Both the position numbers and the translations under genes were made by a program. Below the pieces are notes generated by a model, which was not told the origin of the DNA, ran no database searches, and saw only the letters and a list, made by a program, of their open reading frames with translations. This document shows, piece by piece, positions 1 to 13,077 of a stretch of 64,000 bases of DNA; position 1 is the stretch's first letter; each line of letters starts with the position of its first letter. Origin of the DNA: Bilabrum cf. latius (lineage: Eukaryota); the NCBI GenBank assembly GCA_965178125.1, contig OZ237767.1, positions 248,001 to 312,000 on the forward strand. Reading direction: 5' to 3'.

Positions 1-469
1 CAGCTTGAGGCAGCTTGGGTTACCAAGAATGCCAATCTCGCTGCAATTTAAGAAAAGCTTGCAAGGGTGTCTTTCCACCTAAGTCAGCTAGGTCAAGCTG
101 TCAGTTGTTATCCTGCAATGAGATTGAGTCAAGGAGGAAAGTAAGTACAATCAAATGTTCATTTGCAAAGTCCTGCCACGGATGCCGTCGCTCAAGATGG
201 CTGGTCTGGATCGCCTGAATCGAAATGAGCTCAGATGGTTCGCTACGTAGCCTACATAGATCTACCCCTGATGAACGGTTCTGCGTTTCGCTGGCCACGT
301 CTGGCGAGACTAGAGTCTTGCGAAGGGCACAGTGACCGGTAGTATAGCAAAAGACACGATCAAAAATCAATGGGCAATTTCCTAAAATGTACATGTTGGC
401 GCAAGCGGATACTGTCCTGTGGACTGTCCTGGAGGTCAGCACAGATGAGCTTCACAGAATGTTCATGAA

Positions 470-3400
470 TCATGAGGTCGGCCGCTCCGTTCTCATCTCC
501 ATCCGGCTTATGTTGATGTACACCACGATGCCATCTTCTCTGACTTTTTCTTCCCACCCTGCTGGCAAGGGATCACCCCCGCTATCGTCCCCAGAAGCGG
601 AGCCCTGTCTGGCTCCCACTGTCGGCCGATCGTACTGCACACGGCTGTTGGGGCCTTCGTACACGACCCGACCAGGGCCAATAAGACTTGCCGTCCATCC
701 CTCGGGAAGGTCCTGCGCCTCCGGTAAAATCACATGACCTGCATGCATGGACACTTGCCCAGGAACCCACCTTTGGTCCCGAGGGCCGCTCCACTTCCAT
801 TCGCGACAGGCACTGGACACTGCGTCCGAGCCGCTTCCCCCCTCAGTCTTGGCCAAAGGTCCGGAACGATGCCCGAAGCAAGCGAGGGTTCTTGCTAGCG
901 ATGACATGCAGCTGCAAACAGTTTCGATCGCGTCGCCGCCTGAAAGCAGCTCCCGACGCAGGTGCCTATCCCACAGCGAGGCCTCCCCCTCCACCAGCGG
1001 ACGCACGCGGCCAAGCACGCCGTCCACAGCCCAGCCGTACATAGCACGCGTGCCAGCGCTCGGTGGCCGCAGTACGGCCATGGGCCCCGCTTGCACCACA
1101 GCCGCCTCGGCTGCCGCCTTGCCCTGCAGTACTCCTGCACCGATGGCACAATCCAACACACCGCCTGCGAATCCGTGAGTCCCGATAGTCCCAAATGACA
1201 TGCTCTTAGGGCATGCTACTAGCTCGCTGCGGTTCAAAGCTCCGATAGTAGACATGTCCTTATCTGGTTTTTCGGATAGGCTACTTGCTGCCTGCAAAAC
1301 GGCAGACTCCATCATTGAATCGGTAGCACAAGAAGCCGGCAAAGTGCTTGCCTCCGCTGTTGCGATATCGATGCCTGGGGGAACATCGGCACCAGCTCCG
1401 CTTGCTGGACCGCCTTCCGCTTGGGTCTGGCTAGAACCGGTGGTGTCTCCCTCTCCGCGATCCTCAGACTCGGGACCAACGAGAGCAGCTCTCGGTACGG
1501 CCTGCATGGCGTGCTCTGCCCGACTCAGCTGCACTATCTGCTGCTGGACCCACTGCGGCCAGTTTGCCTCCCCACCATCGCGAACGACACGCACAGCAGA
1601 GTGCGAGCCTGGTCCTTCGTGCCTGCTTGACTTTTCTGCAATTCTAGCTGGATCCGTGTCTGCTTCAGATACATGGCCTTCTTCAATGTGCGTGGGAGCA
1701 CCTGCAATGCTGTCCGCCGTGGTACCAGGGAGAGTTAGCGGTCCATAGAGAGCTCCAAGTAGCGCCTGCACCGCTTCTTCAGGAGGAAGCCGGTGCTCGG
1801 GCTTGGGCTGTAGCAGGCCTCGCAGCACTGCCTCAAGAGCGGATGGGCAGCCAGCACTAGCTGGGAGCTTGGGAATCTCCACCCCACTCTGGAGCTCGTG
1901 CTGCGCTTGTGCGTCACCCCCACGTGCCTTGTCCACGTGCTGACTTGGCTTCACCACGGAGTCTGGCAGAGTTACGAGGTTTGCATCTGATGCATTGGCC
2001 TGCTCCGCCAGCAGCTCCCACATCATCCGCCCTGCCGCCCACGCGTCGCTCCACGCGTACACCTGCGCAGCAGTGAGAACTTCCCGGCCCCATCCGTCGC
2101 GTATATCATGTAATCGGCTCTGTGACCCCAGCACTACCTCAGGAGCCCTTGTTGAGCCGGCACCACCAGCCCGTAGCATCTCAGTTGAAACACCTTCAGG
2201 GGCCGCTCCTCTGCCGCAACCACAGAACAGCGCAGTCACAGTCGGGAGTGGGTGTGTTGCGCTGCCCCCTACAACAGGTGGTGAGGTATGACATTCCAAT
2301 GCAGCGGATTTTGATTGGAGTGCATCGCTCTTGTGATCGAGGTGACTTCGAACAAATGCTGCTGGGTCGTCCTCGAAAGTCTGCGATTCGGCTTCACCCG
2401 AAGTGCTAGCAGCCGCAGCAGAGCCAGTGGTAGCCGTAGATCTATTAGCTCTCTCGGGCTCGATCTGCCGTTCTACCAGACCGATAAGTGTACGATCCAC
2501 ATGTACTCGAAGCCCTTCCACGTACAGCATCGCTCCAGCCCCCCAATCACCGAGGACAGCACGGCCATCTGCCGTCAGGAACACGTTGTCAGCCTTCACG
2601 TCGCGATGCACGACCCCACGGGACCTCGCGTGCTCCAGGCCCTGCAGTACCTACACTAGCCATAGGGCCGCCTATCGCCCGGTAACTTTCATTCCCACCT
2701 CCCAGGCTGCTCGAAATGCGCCGCGAAGCGTCGTGGGGAACCGCTCCGTAACTGTCCACGTGGTCTTGCGACGAAACGTCCCGGCTCTCTGGTTGGCCCA
2801 CGGCATCCAGGGAACAAGCAGCTATGAGGATCCCAAGAACGCGTGCTGGATCGCCAGCACGTTTGGATGGCCGGTCAAGTACACGGAACCGTCTGGGTGC
2901 CTGCGCTCTCCCATCACGGCTGGCAACAGCCAGTCCTACTGCTGCTGCCGCGCCACGGGCTCGTAGTACTGGCCTTGCGGTCCGATCGGCACCAAGCCCT
3001 TCAGCACACCACGCCAGCCTTCTGACCATTTCGCCTCTCCATCGTCCTCGGACTGCACGGCCTCAATTGCAAACACGATGCTGTTGCAACCGAGTCGTTC
3101 AGCCTGGGGAATAGCGCCAGGCGTTGTGTCGTCGGGTGGGTTCCAGTGCAAGGGCCTTGCCCTTCCCCGCTGTAGAGCTGTGAGCGTCTGGGCAACTAAC
3201 CGAACCCCATCCACCACTCGGATGCGACCATTGTCGAGCAATTCGAGGATGTCTGCAGAGCCAACGGAGCTTTCCTTGAGTTTCCCGCTCGGATCCCGTT
3301 CGAGCACAGGATGCTCCCGCGTCCAGTTACCCACAGCTGCAGCCCCTGCCGCCTAGCTTCTCGACAATCCTCGCAGCTGAACGGCTAGATTGTGCTTGTA

Positions 3401-5430
3401 GGCCAAGGCCTTCTGCTCCTTGACTGCCATTGAAGAGAGCAGATCTGCTTTCAGCCCAAGGCCGACGAGCAGCTTGTGCCCATCGTCGGATCCAAGCAGT
3501 CGGGCACTTGCTGCCTCAAAGTCCCCCAGTGCCTCGAATATTCCAGCGGACAAATCGGTGCCTGGGTCCTGCTAGCTAGCATCACTCGATCCAGCTGCAT
3601 GCGCTGCACATATTGTTGCCGCCTACAGTCGAGCAACGGCCTCACTTTGAGATTGAAACAGCATTAGCCCTGCTGATTGCATCTCTCTGCGGGTGGACAA
3701 AGCAGCCTCTTCCTTGCGCTTGAGGGCAACTATAGTCTGAGCATGGATTTCACGCCGTCGTTTTTCCTGCTCAAGCTCTGCCTTGGCTCGCTGCAGCTGA
3801 GCAAAGAGGCTGTCGGGATTTGGCGGGATGTCCTTCCCTTGGCCTGGAGGTGGCTCTTCGTCTGCAGAACCTTCCGCTTCTGCCCCACCGGTCGGGGCTG
3901 GGATGGGGGTGTCTCCTCCGAGCTCAATTTCGCGGAAGCAGTCCTTGATCTTGTGCTTGGGAGGTCCTCTGACGCTCCCGTCAGGAGTCAGAGCACTGTT
4001 TTGGAAGCCGGTCTGGCACTGTGTGTCAAGCCACTCCGTCGCCTTGGCTGCCATGGCCTTGCCCTGGGCTTCGTCAAGAGGAGCTGGAATGAACCATAGC
4101 CGTGGAACCTGTCCCGAACTTGTGCTTGTGCCATTGCTGCTACCGGAAGCATCTGCAAAGGCGAAATTGATGTCAACCACGGACTGCTTTTCTTTTCCTG
4201 ATCTTCCCATCCAACCGCTGCAATTGCCTGATCCATTCTTCATGTACTGAGTTAAGCAATAGTCTGTATCTGGCTTGAGAAGAACCGCTTGCTTGAGCGT
4301 TACTCGAAGCACGCCGTGATGCTTCATATCCGTGTACTCCGACTGACCTTCCGATAGCTGCACCATCGAGCTACTGCCATTACCTTCGTGGACAGCGCAC
4401 AATGGTTTATACGTGCTCGTTCCTTTGTCACCACCGTAGCAACCAACAGCAGTCAGAATGATCGGCTTGTCTACTCGAACAACAATGGCGTCACGGCTGG
4501 ATGGGCCCATACCCCAGCTACCAGAGGAGCTCGCTGCTCCATCATCATCGGGATTTAACCGATTCACGTAACATTCCAGACCTGGATAGGCCTACCTCGG
4601 GCCACCGGCAAGCCCATCTTGGTTGCACCTGATGACATACTTTTGCAGCTTAACCTTCTTGGCAATGTCAAGCGGAGAGTCACCATCCTGCTGATTTTGG
4701 CGCATAAATGAAAATATGTAGACTCTACACAGAAGCAAACATCGGATTGTGGCTATTTTTGCGTGGCTTCCAACCGTCGTGCTTCCACTGCAAGCCACCT
4801 AGCTGTTCTCAACAGTCTTACCTGGTTCTTGATCCAAAGGTTAGCACCGGCTTGTACCAATGCCAAAATGATTGCCTTGCGTCGATTGTAGGTAGCAATA
4901 TGCAGAGGCGAATTGCCGTCCTGCAAGAATTGGGCGGATCTGATGATCTTTCACGTGGGCCAAACGATTAAGATCCAACTAGTCGTAATACAGCGTTTGT
5001 CTCTATTAACGTCTTACTTTACTTTGCTTGTTCACTTGCGCTTTAGCGTTTACGAGCTCATCGACAACATCTTGCCGGCCTTCGAGTGCTGCCAAGAAAA
5101 GAGGTGTCCGCCCAGCCTACGGTTGGATTCATTAATAGCAGTGGTATGCAATAGCTGCCATCATCGTGATTATGTGCGACTTAACCTGTCCAGGATCCAG
5201 TCGAATATGAATCCTGGCAGCAAGGACCGTGCAGTCCCGGGTCCTGGTACACCCTCATATTTCATACGATGGCAAATACATACTTTTAAGGTCTCTCAAA
5301 CTGATACACATGCATTACGGAGGGGTTGTACTCACTTCATCCTCGCAATCTGGGATAGTTCCATCGGCAAGTTGCTGTCGCACCTTCTCGATACAGCCAC
5401 TTCTTGAAGCCTCAAGCAACTCCTACCTGC
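470..5430 (-). CDS. Multidomain protein: ankyrin repeats - PHR domain - coiled coil - PINK1-like Ser/Thr kinase - two WW domains (5' ankyrin exons spliced; first exon unresolved)
   Basis: ORFs 4592-4798, 3623-4567, 3353-3553, 2936-3334 and 470-2611 share one frame and are joined only by TAGs; ends TGA at 470-472. Ankyrin exons AGRTPLFLAALEGRQDVVDELV and DGNSPLHIATYNRRKAIILALVQAGAN have GT-AG borders. PHR motif SSNGTSTSSGQVPRLWF. Kinase HPNVLAIQHAF..LV*VLQGLEH..HRDVKADN..DWG..RAPEV..SDAWAAG. WW motifs LPEGW..RP and LPAGW..RP. Confidence 0.85.
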
Positions 5431-6349
5431 AATCAAAGGTAGTTGGAGGTTATCGCAATACAATCGATGCAGACTTCGTGGCAAGGCTGGACTTGCTTTG
5501 TCAGTAGACAGCCTAGGCCTATGCAGTTATGAAAGCATGATCCAGGATAAGATCCATGTTGCAATACGAGAGCACTGACATGATCGCAGTAGGTAAACCT
5601 ACAAGAAGCTGAACTCAAACGCTCTTGATTTGGTACAAGTAGGTCGGCACTAGTGTGGCGCCCGAACAGCTCTGCAAGTACCTGGCAAATGCCGAATTAT
5701 TGAAACGAACCTACGTTGAACGTTCGCCAAAAATGATCTGGATTTTCGAGTTGCGTGTTTTTGCACTGTCGCGGACAATCCACGGTGGATTACACCTTAA
5801 ACCAAGATTCCTAACCTTATTTGGCTGCCTGGGCAAGGATATGGAGGGAAGGAGGGTGCTGCCTGGGGCAGGCCTCCATGGTGCCCATGACTCGGCTAAA
5901 ATGTAAACTGCTACCAGCCCAGTTCATCGAGCTGTCGTCTTGCCAGCGGTGGAAACCATGCGAGGCCCCCAATAGATGTCAAGCTTGCATCAGCTTGCAC
6001 AAAGCTGGAATTGCAAGTTGCTGGCATGCCGATGGTAGGAAAGCCCTCCTCTGGGTATCGATCGAGTCCGGGGCTCCAGGAACTTTAGTTGCCCCACAAC
6101 CCCAATACCGCGGGGTATATGTGTTTCCAGACCATCCTGGGTGAGCTGAAAGGTCTCGATTAGTGCCGCAGAGGACTAGTCTTGGATGAGGGTCCAAGAC
6201 TAATTTTAAAAATAATGAACAAATAATGAAACCAACTGCAACCATTTGTGACTGTATAGGAGATTAGCGTGCTGTACATCTTCTGATATTTTGGCCTAGA
6301 GTGCTGCAAAAGTCAATCATGTACCATCTCAATGCGTAATTTCACATGG

Positions 6350-9300
6350 TCACCCCGCCCCCGGTGCTTCCAGTCCCAGCACGGTAGACTCGGGCTGGTG
6401 CCCCCTCGCTGCAACCACGACGCACCGAAGCACCTTGCAGAAAGCCCGCCGCGCATCCCCCGTCCCCTCCGCCCCAGCCCCACCGTCTCGCCTCCCAACG
6501 GAGAACAGCTTCAGCCAGCCCACCAGCACGCCCACCGCATACTCCCTCCCTTTTCCCGACAGGAAGCAAGACCCTGTTTTGCCACCTCCGCTCGGACCCA
6601 CTCCGACAGACGCCCCACCTGCCCCTCTTCCCCCGCCTGGCACATGACCGTCAATCAGCGCATCCCGTATCCCAGCGCCCACTGCAGGACCCGCCATTGC
6701 GCCCAGCTCCAGCAGTGCAGCCCCCGCTCGGTTCCAGAGCCCAGCAGGCAGCGAGTGCAGACAGGCCCGCATGATGGCGCTTGCAATACGCATTGCCTCT
6801 TTGCTGGCAACTGCCGTGACCACTGGTCGCAAGTGCTGCCGAATCGCCGCCATGACAGACGCAGGTGTCGCATGGCTCGCCTCCACCGCGCTCTCTCGCG
6901 GTCCGCCTGGCGCGCCCGATGATGTACCCGACGGCGACCGTTTCCCCATAACCAGTTGCGCCTGATGCACCGCTGATGGACTAGGATCAGTCGTGCTGGG
7001 CGCCCACAGCTGCACGAGAAAGCCCAGAGCCGCCTGCTGCACAGTGCTAAACCCGCAGCTAAGTGCCCGAATGGCGGCCTGCACGATACCGTGCTGCCTG
7101 GCAGGGTCCTCCATTACGATCCTCGGAGCCAGTGCTAGGAGCCTCGTGCTCTGGTCAAACAGGGACACGCCGAGTGCCTGCGGCCCTGCCGTGTGTTCCC
7201 CAGGCGTACGTCCCTCCGCATGGGCTCTCGTGTCACCGCCATCAGTGCCATCACTGCCACTACCAGCCGAAGGGCCGCCCATCGATTCGAGGCCAGATGC
7301 ACTAGCACGCTGCTGTGGTCTCCCAGCTCCCGCATCCAAAGCTGCGAGGAACGTCTTGCACGCTATCGATAGTGCCTCGCTGCCCTAGTCTACGAAGAGC
7401 CTCTGCGCCCGCTGGTCGGACACGTGGCCTAGCTCGCCAATGATGAAGACCGTGGCCTCCAGTGCCCCAGGGCTCCTCGTGGCTCGCAGCACCTGCACCA
7501 CCGCGGGTAGGACCCGAGGTAGCACAGGCAATGCCTCACTGCGCGCAGCTTCGATCGGAGCATGTAGGACGTCCACCAGGCCACGCACGGTGTCCTCTGG
7601 TGCCGCCGTGCCGCTGCCCACCACCTTCTTCGCCACAGCTTCTAGGGCGGGCCAGGATGCCTGCAGCAGCTGCACAGCCACAGGGGGCTTGCCCCTGTCT
7701 GCAGGCCCATTCGCTATTCCCCTGACACCCTGAATGAGGGCAGCAAGTAGCTCCAGTGACTGTGCAAGCGAGCTAAACGCACCAGCTGGAGAAGTGCCAA
7801 TGCCAGTGCCACTGCCTGACGATGCCGCAGCGGCGGACGGGCCTGCCCCCAGCAACGACGCCCCCGCTCTCGCACCACCGTGCGATGCATCCACGCCGCA
7901 GCCACGGAGCAGCTCATCGGCAAGGGGCGCGGCCAGCATTTTCATGTAGCGAAGCACCTGATCCGGGGGCGCCGACCCGCCCACCAGCCCCGCGGTTTTC
8001 AGTATCACGCTCAATCCATCGGTTGGGCAGCCAGACCTCCGCGCCGCCAGGAACGCATCTCGCAGCCTGGAGAGATGCGCGGGGGTGGCGAAAGCAGGCA
8101 ACTACCTGCCAACCAACGACCGCAGGGCGGTGGCGGCAAACTCTGCCGCCTGGGGAACAGATAGTGCTCGGCACAGAAACCCGAACAGCCCTTGCAGCAA
8201 GTCGGCCTTCGATGACAACACCTTGGAAAACTTCCAGCAGCAGAACGCTGCACCAGCCACCACGGCAGGATGGCTCACAAAAGGCGCCTTCTGCGCAGAG
8301 ATGCCTTGGAACACGCTGTTCAAGAACCCGCTTACCTTGGCGTGATCCTCTGGTCCCAACGCGAGCCCTGCCGCAGCCCCCGTTCCAGCCCCAGGCATGG
8401 CTCCAGGCGCCTTCAGCCCAGCTGGCACCGGTGCCGGGCCCTTTTCCCATGCTTTTTTCAGCGGGATGTGGCAGCAACGGATCGCGAACAGAACCACTTC
8501 CACAGACTACCACCCCGCCGAACCGTCCGCCGCGTGCCCCAGCAGCCCCCTCAGGTAGCCCAGGTACCCAACGGGGCCCAAATCCTCCATGCACGCTTCA
8601 AGGGCGGGTTGCACGCTGCCTTCTCGAAATCGATTGAACTCGTTCTCGTCACACGCAGTCCCGAAGTCGCCACCGTCGTCATCGGGAGGTTCGTACGAGT
8701 CCCAAGAAGAAAACCCGTCGGGGTAGGCAGATGCGCGCAGTAGCGACTCTACAACCTATTTCTAGAGCGGGAGATCGAGACCCGGTGCCCTGCTGGGCAG
8801 AGGCACTTCGTCCCGCAGCGTGGTCCATGCCTCAACGGCTATGCCAGCCACCTGCAGGTTGGGCGATGCAGTTGCGTCCGCGAGCAATCGCATCACGCCG
8901 AGCCCCACCCCCGGTCTCGGTGAGTCTGCCCCGGCAATCACGGCAGGCGAGGCGTCGAAGCATGCTAATGCCACATTGGTGAGCCGGCGGCATGTGCCGT
9001 GGTCTCTGGCGGCAACCGCCTGCCTAAAATTCTCGTACGCAACACCGAGCAGCTGTGCCATCTTCACGATTCCGGCCTTTGTCTGACTCGCGAGCTGCAT
9101 GGCCTGCTCGGCTGCCTTCTGTCTCTGAGCGGTGGAGTCCCCAGGGTCCGAAGGCGACTCGCCGCCGTCCACCGCGGCAAAACTGCCGCGGGATCGGCGC
9201 GTGCGGGTGGATACGGCGCTGCCCACGCTGCCGGCCGCGCCACCGTGCGATGCACCCGACAACCTGTGCCTTCGTCGCACGAGTCCGCTATCGAGCTGCC

Positions 9301-10785
9301 GGCTGCTGCTTCCAAGCCGGATTTTCTGCTGATCCAGCTGTTCCCCAGCGCCTCCCAAGAGCCCAAGCAAGGCGTCCATTGCCGCTTCCGCCGCGTGCGC
9401 GCGTTCCGGGCTCAACGGATACTTCACAAGGGATTGGGGTGCAGGCTCTGAGGCTGGGCCCGGGGCGTGCATGGCCCCTCCTACCAGCATTGCCGTCGCC
9501 TTGAGCAGCAGTACGGGCATGTTGGTCGCAAGTAGGGCGAGGGTAAGACCTGCCTGGGTCAGGGGCTGCAGAGCACGCATGGTGTCTGCTGCCAGGGGGC
9601 CAGCGGCGGAGCAATGGGGTCGGGTTGGCCGGATGGTGCCCAGCCCTGGTGCTGCCAGGGCAATAGGGCTGGTGTCACCCACGTCCACGGCGGCCGACAT
9701 GATCGTGACGAGTGCGGGTAGTCTGGGTGTGACGACAGCAAGCACATCGTCCTTGGCCCTATGGGGGCGGAGCAGAGTCTCTTGCCCGAGTGCCTGCGTT
9801 GCAGTGCAGTGCAGTGTATACAAAGGGTCTACACTAGGACATTCGATTTCTGGGCACCAATAGCGAACTGAGGTAGCAGTGTGGGCAGCAAGCGGCACAC
9901 AATTTGATAAGATGCTATCAACCCTATGCAACCTAGGCAAGGAACTATAGTGCCCCAGACACGTTGCCACGCTGTCTGGGCGCTGGCATGCGACTGCCTC
10001 GCTGCTGTGCCGTCTCACGCTCAGAACTCGAATGCCATGCTTCACGCGAGCGCATGTATCCGTAGAATCAGCGCGTTCTTTCGTGGCGATAGATTCCAGG
10101 CTCGCGCCTGTTCCCTTGCCTGCTAGTTCATGCCGTGGGTTCCTGGCCGAAACTGAGCATAGATGGGCAACGCGATCGAGCAACTGCCCAATGCGGTCGG
10201 CGCCCATCAGAGCCGAGCAATTAGCATACAGTAGGTACATACGAGCCAGCACTGGAGGATTGGCAGCGCCATTTTGCGCCATCTTGCTCAGGTGGTGCCA
10301 AGCAGCATCTTCGACTGCCACCCGCCTGTCCTAACTCAGTCCTTCCCAAGAGCGACGAACCTGCGGTACATGCACCTAGTAATATCATGCAAGCGTGCGT
10401 GCACAGCTTGGGCTATACTCTATGTTCTCCCCCACGAGATGGCTGTATCTCACCTTCGCCAGCAGCAAATTAATTCCGTAGAGCGCAACAGTCGGATCAG
10501 GGTGGCGCATTACCTCCAACGCAGCTTGCCATGCTTCAGAGCTCTCCTGAAAATTAACAAGCCATGCGTTGGCCCGCTCTTGACTCGGACCCTCCCTGCG
10601 ATACGAAACTCAAGACATGGTTGCGCCTAGTAATTGCTTGGCGTGCCAGATTGACCGTACAGTAGCAAAATCTACATGCACCGCACCTTGTTGCAGCTGT
10701 TATTGCTTTGGCCATCTATACTGCATGTTTCGATGGGCTTGGTCCCAACGACATTGATCGAATGAATGAATTGTTGAGCTTGCAT
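6350..10785 (-). CDS. Transportin-3/importin-13-like karyopherin-beta (introns in 5' part)
   Basis: N-terminal exon SQERANAWLVNFQESSEAWQAALE (IBN_N-like); YPDGF..EFNRFR and W*SVEVVLFAI motifs. ORFs 8762-10321, 8102-8503, 7385-8101 and 6350-7339 are collinear through TAGs (8762, 8756, 8507, 8102, 7385); ends TGA at 6350-6352. Confidence 0.8.
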
Positions 10786-10884
10786 TTTTCGCTCCGGACC
10801 AGATGCTGCGGCTCCGAGGCGGCACGTTTGGTTTGCCCATGCAGTTGCTAACATTGGAATATACATCTTAGTAAACGTATTCAA

Positions 10885-12359
10885 TCATGCTATTCGAGGC
10901 GCTGCAGCCCCAGCAGCAAGCGGACCGGTGGTCCACGCTCCTCCACGAGACCTGTTGGCCGCCGCCGCGTGCGCTGCAGACGGCCGCCTGCATGGTTCTC
11001 TTCGGGACTGCGGGCGAATAAGCGTCTTGCAAGTAGGGCAAGAGCCGCGCAGCTGTAGCCAGCCATCAATGCATGCCATATGGAACACGTGCTGGCCGGT
11101 TGGAGTGCAAGGAAGCCGTCGAACGAGCTGCCCCGCTCGCAGCGCCTGCTGACAGATGACGCAGCTTTCCTTTTCACCCCTCCGTGCTTCTCCCGGCCCA
11201 ACGGACGATTTCGTATGCGGACTTCCTGATCCATTGTAGCTACTGCAAGCCTAACCATGACAGCGTGTTGGGTTGCTCTACGTCTTCTCCATCCTTGGCC
11301 GGGCCGGAGCAGCTGGGGCTCGCCTTGTCGATTGCTGCGTCCCAGCCCGTGCCCATGCACATCGATGGTTCCGAGATCCTTGTTGAGCTAGGCATGGCAT
11401 CTGGTCCAACGAAAAAGAACGGCTTCTGGATGCTGTCGAGGGCGCAGTCGCGCCCCAAGCATGGATGCGGTGAATCTCTGCCAGTGGCGTGCTGCCGCTG
11501 CTGTGCACGCAGGGAAACGTCGCTCTTCGGACCTGCGATGCAGCTGCGCTGGCCTCTGCATTATAATGATGCTGTATCCTCACTGGATTGATGACTTGTA
11601 TGCTGCCAATATCATTGGAGCCACTATCTGTCCGGCTTGCTGTCAGCGGCTTGGGTGATAGAGTTGCCGTCTCGTTACCTCGCACCTCCTCCGCCTTGAC
11701 TCCGCCTAAGCCCGAGTCATTGGCGGTTTGGGGAGGCGCATGCCCTTCATATCGTACCACGGATAGTTGTTGCACTTCTGCAGGGCTCAGACCGCGCATT
11801 GCCTGCTGAATGGCGCCGTGCAGTCGCTGCGAATCATCAATGTGCATGCCTGCTTCCGCAGACTAGCACCCGAAACAGGCGCATACTTGGTACCGACACC
11901 TGTAGTGCCCTCCAATGAATATCATCGAGGGTCCAGCAAGCAGAGATAGCATCAATACGGCGCTAATGCCCATGATGGCTGCCAGTGTGCTGTTCGACCG
12001 ACTCGAATCGTTTGCAATGCAAATGAGGCCCACGGTGGCCCACAGCCACCCAGCGACCTTGCACAGCAGCGCATATGTTCCAAACCCACTCGGACATGAC
12101 TATTCTAGAGATTCAGTATTATCGCTGGCTCTTCCTGCCTGAAAGTCTTTCTGCACGGCGAAGATGGCGATCACTTGGGCCGCAAGCAGCTAATGCACCC
12201 CAATCCAGGACCACTCCCAAACCTGGTCTTCTAATGAATCTATGCTTTGCACTGCAGCAAGTGCGGCACATGCGAATAATTGAACAACATATGCAACCCA
12301 TAGTGTCGAGACCTGCGATGCTTTCACGGAACAGACGCCGGTTGAGGCTGCTATGTCAT
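10885..12359 (-). CDS. Transmembrane RING-H2 E3 ubiquitin ligase (spliced; start uncertain)
   Basis: VRRLPC..HVFHMACIDGWLQLRGSCPTCK RING-H2 C-terminal half; GLSPAEVQQLSVVRY (GLD-like motif); hydrophobic segments at ~11900-12080; TGA stop at 10885-10887. Confidence 0.7.
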
Positions 12360-13077
12360 GGCTTCGTTAAAAAGTGGGTGAATATGTCTCAAGGCGACTA
12401 CCCGACCAGCTCCTCTCCGAGCGAATATTTCACTCTGATTGAAGTGTCATAGGCTGCTATTACATTTGTTTGAATCACTTGGGGCTCTGGCCAACCTAAT
12501 ACACTCACAACAATCGGCTTCCACCCACGACCGCCGCAGGAAGCGCAGCTCTATTGTGTGCAAAGTTCTACAGCTATCCCCATCTAAACACCTGCGACAA
12601 TCAGTTAAATATGAGCAAAAAATTATTAAGTAGTCGCTCTGACGCCGATAAGTAAATTTTGCTTTCGGAAGTCAATGCAACAATTCGACGTTTTGGAACC
12701 GCTCATCTGACGCGCTATGGGTCGGTTGCCGCATCACAGCTCATTGAACCGGTATCTACTGCACATGATGGAAACATATTATCAAGAACTGGTAGTTTGC
12801 AGTATTCATGGACTCCTTACTCTGTGTAGTGCAATATATAATGGATGAATGGTAGGTCGGTGCACAGCCAGTTCCACCCATGTCGAATCTTTTAGAAACG
12901 ATAGTGCAGTGCACCCCGCAGCGGCATGCATCGCATTGTACAGCACGCCTCGCGAGAGACCAGCACTGATACATATTTCCTCTTGGTAGTTTCAACTCAA
13001 CCAAAGGCGCACCTGCACTTCAAGCGTAAACAATGAATTGAGACCCTAGCATTGACCAAAATTAGACTGGCGGGATC

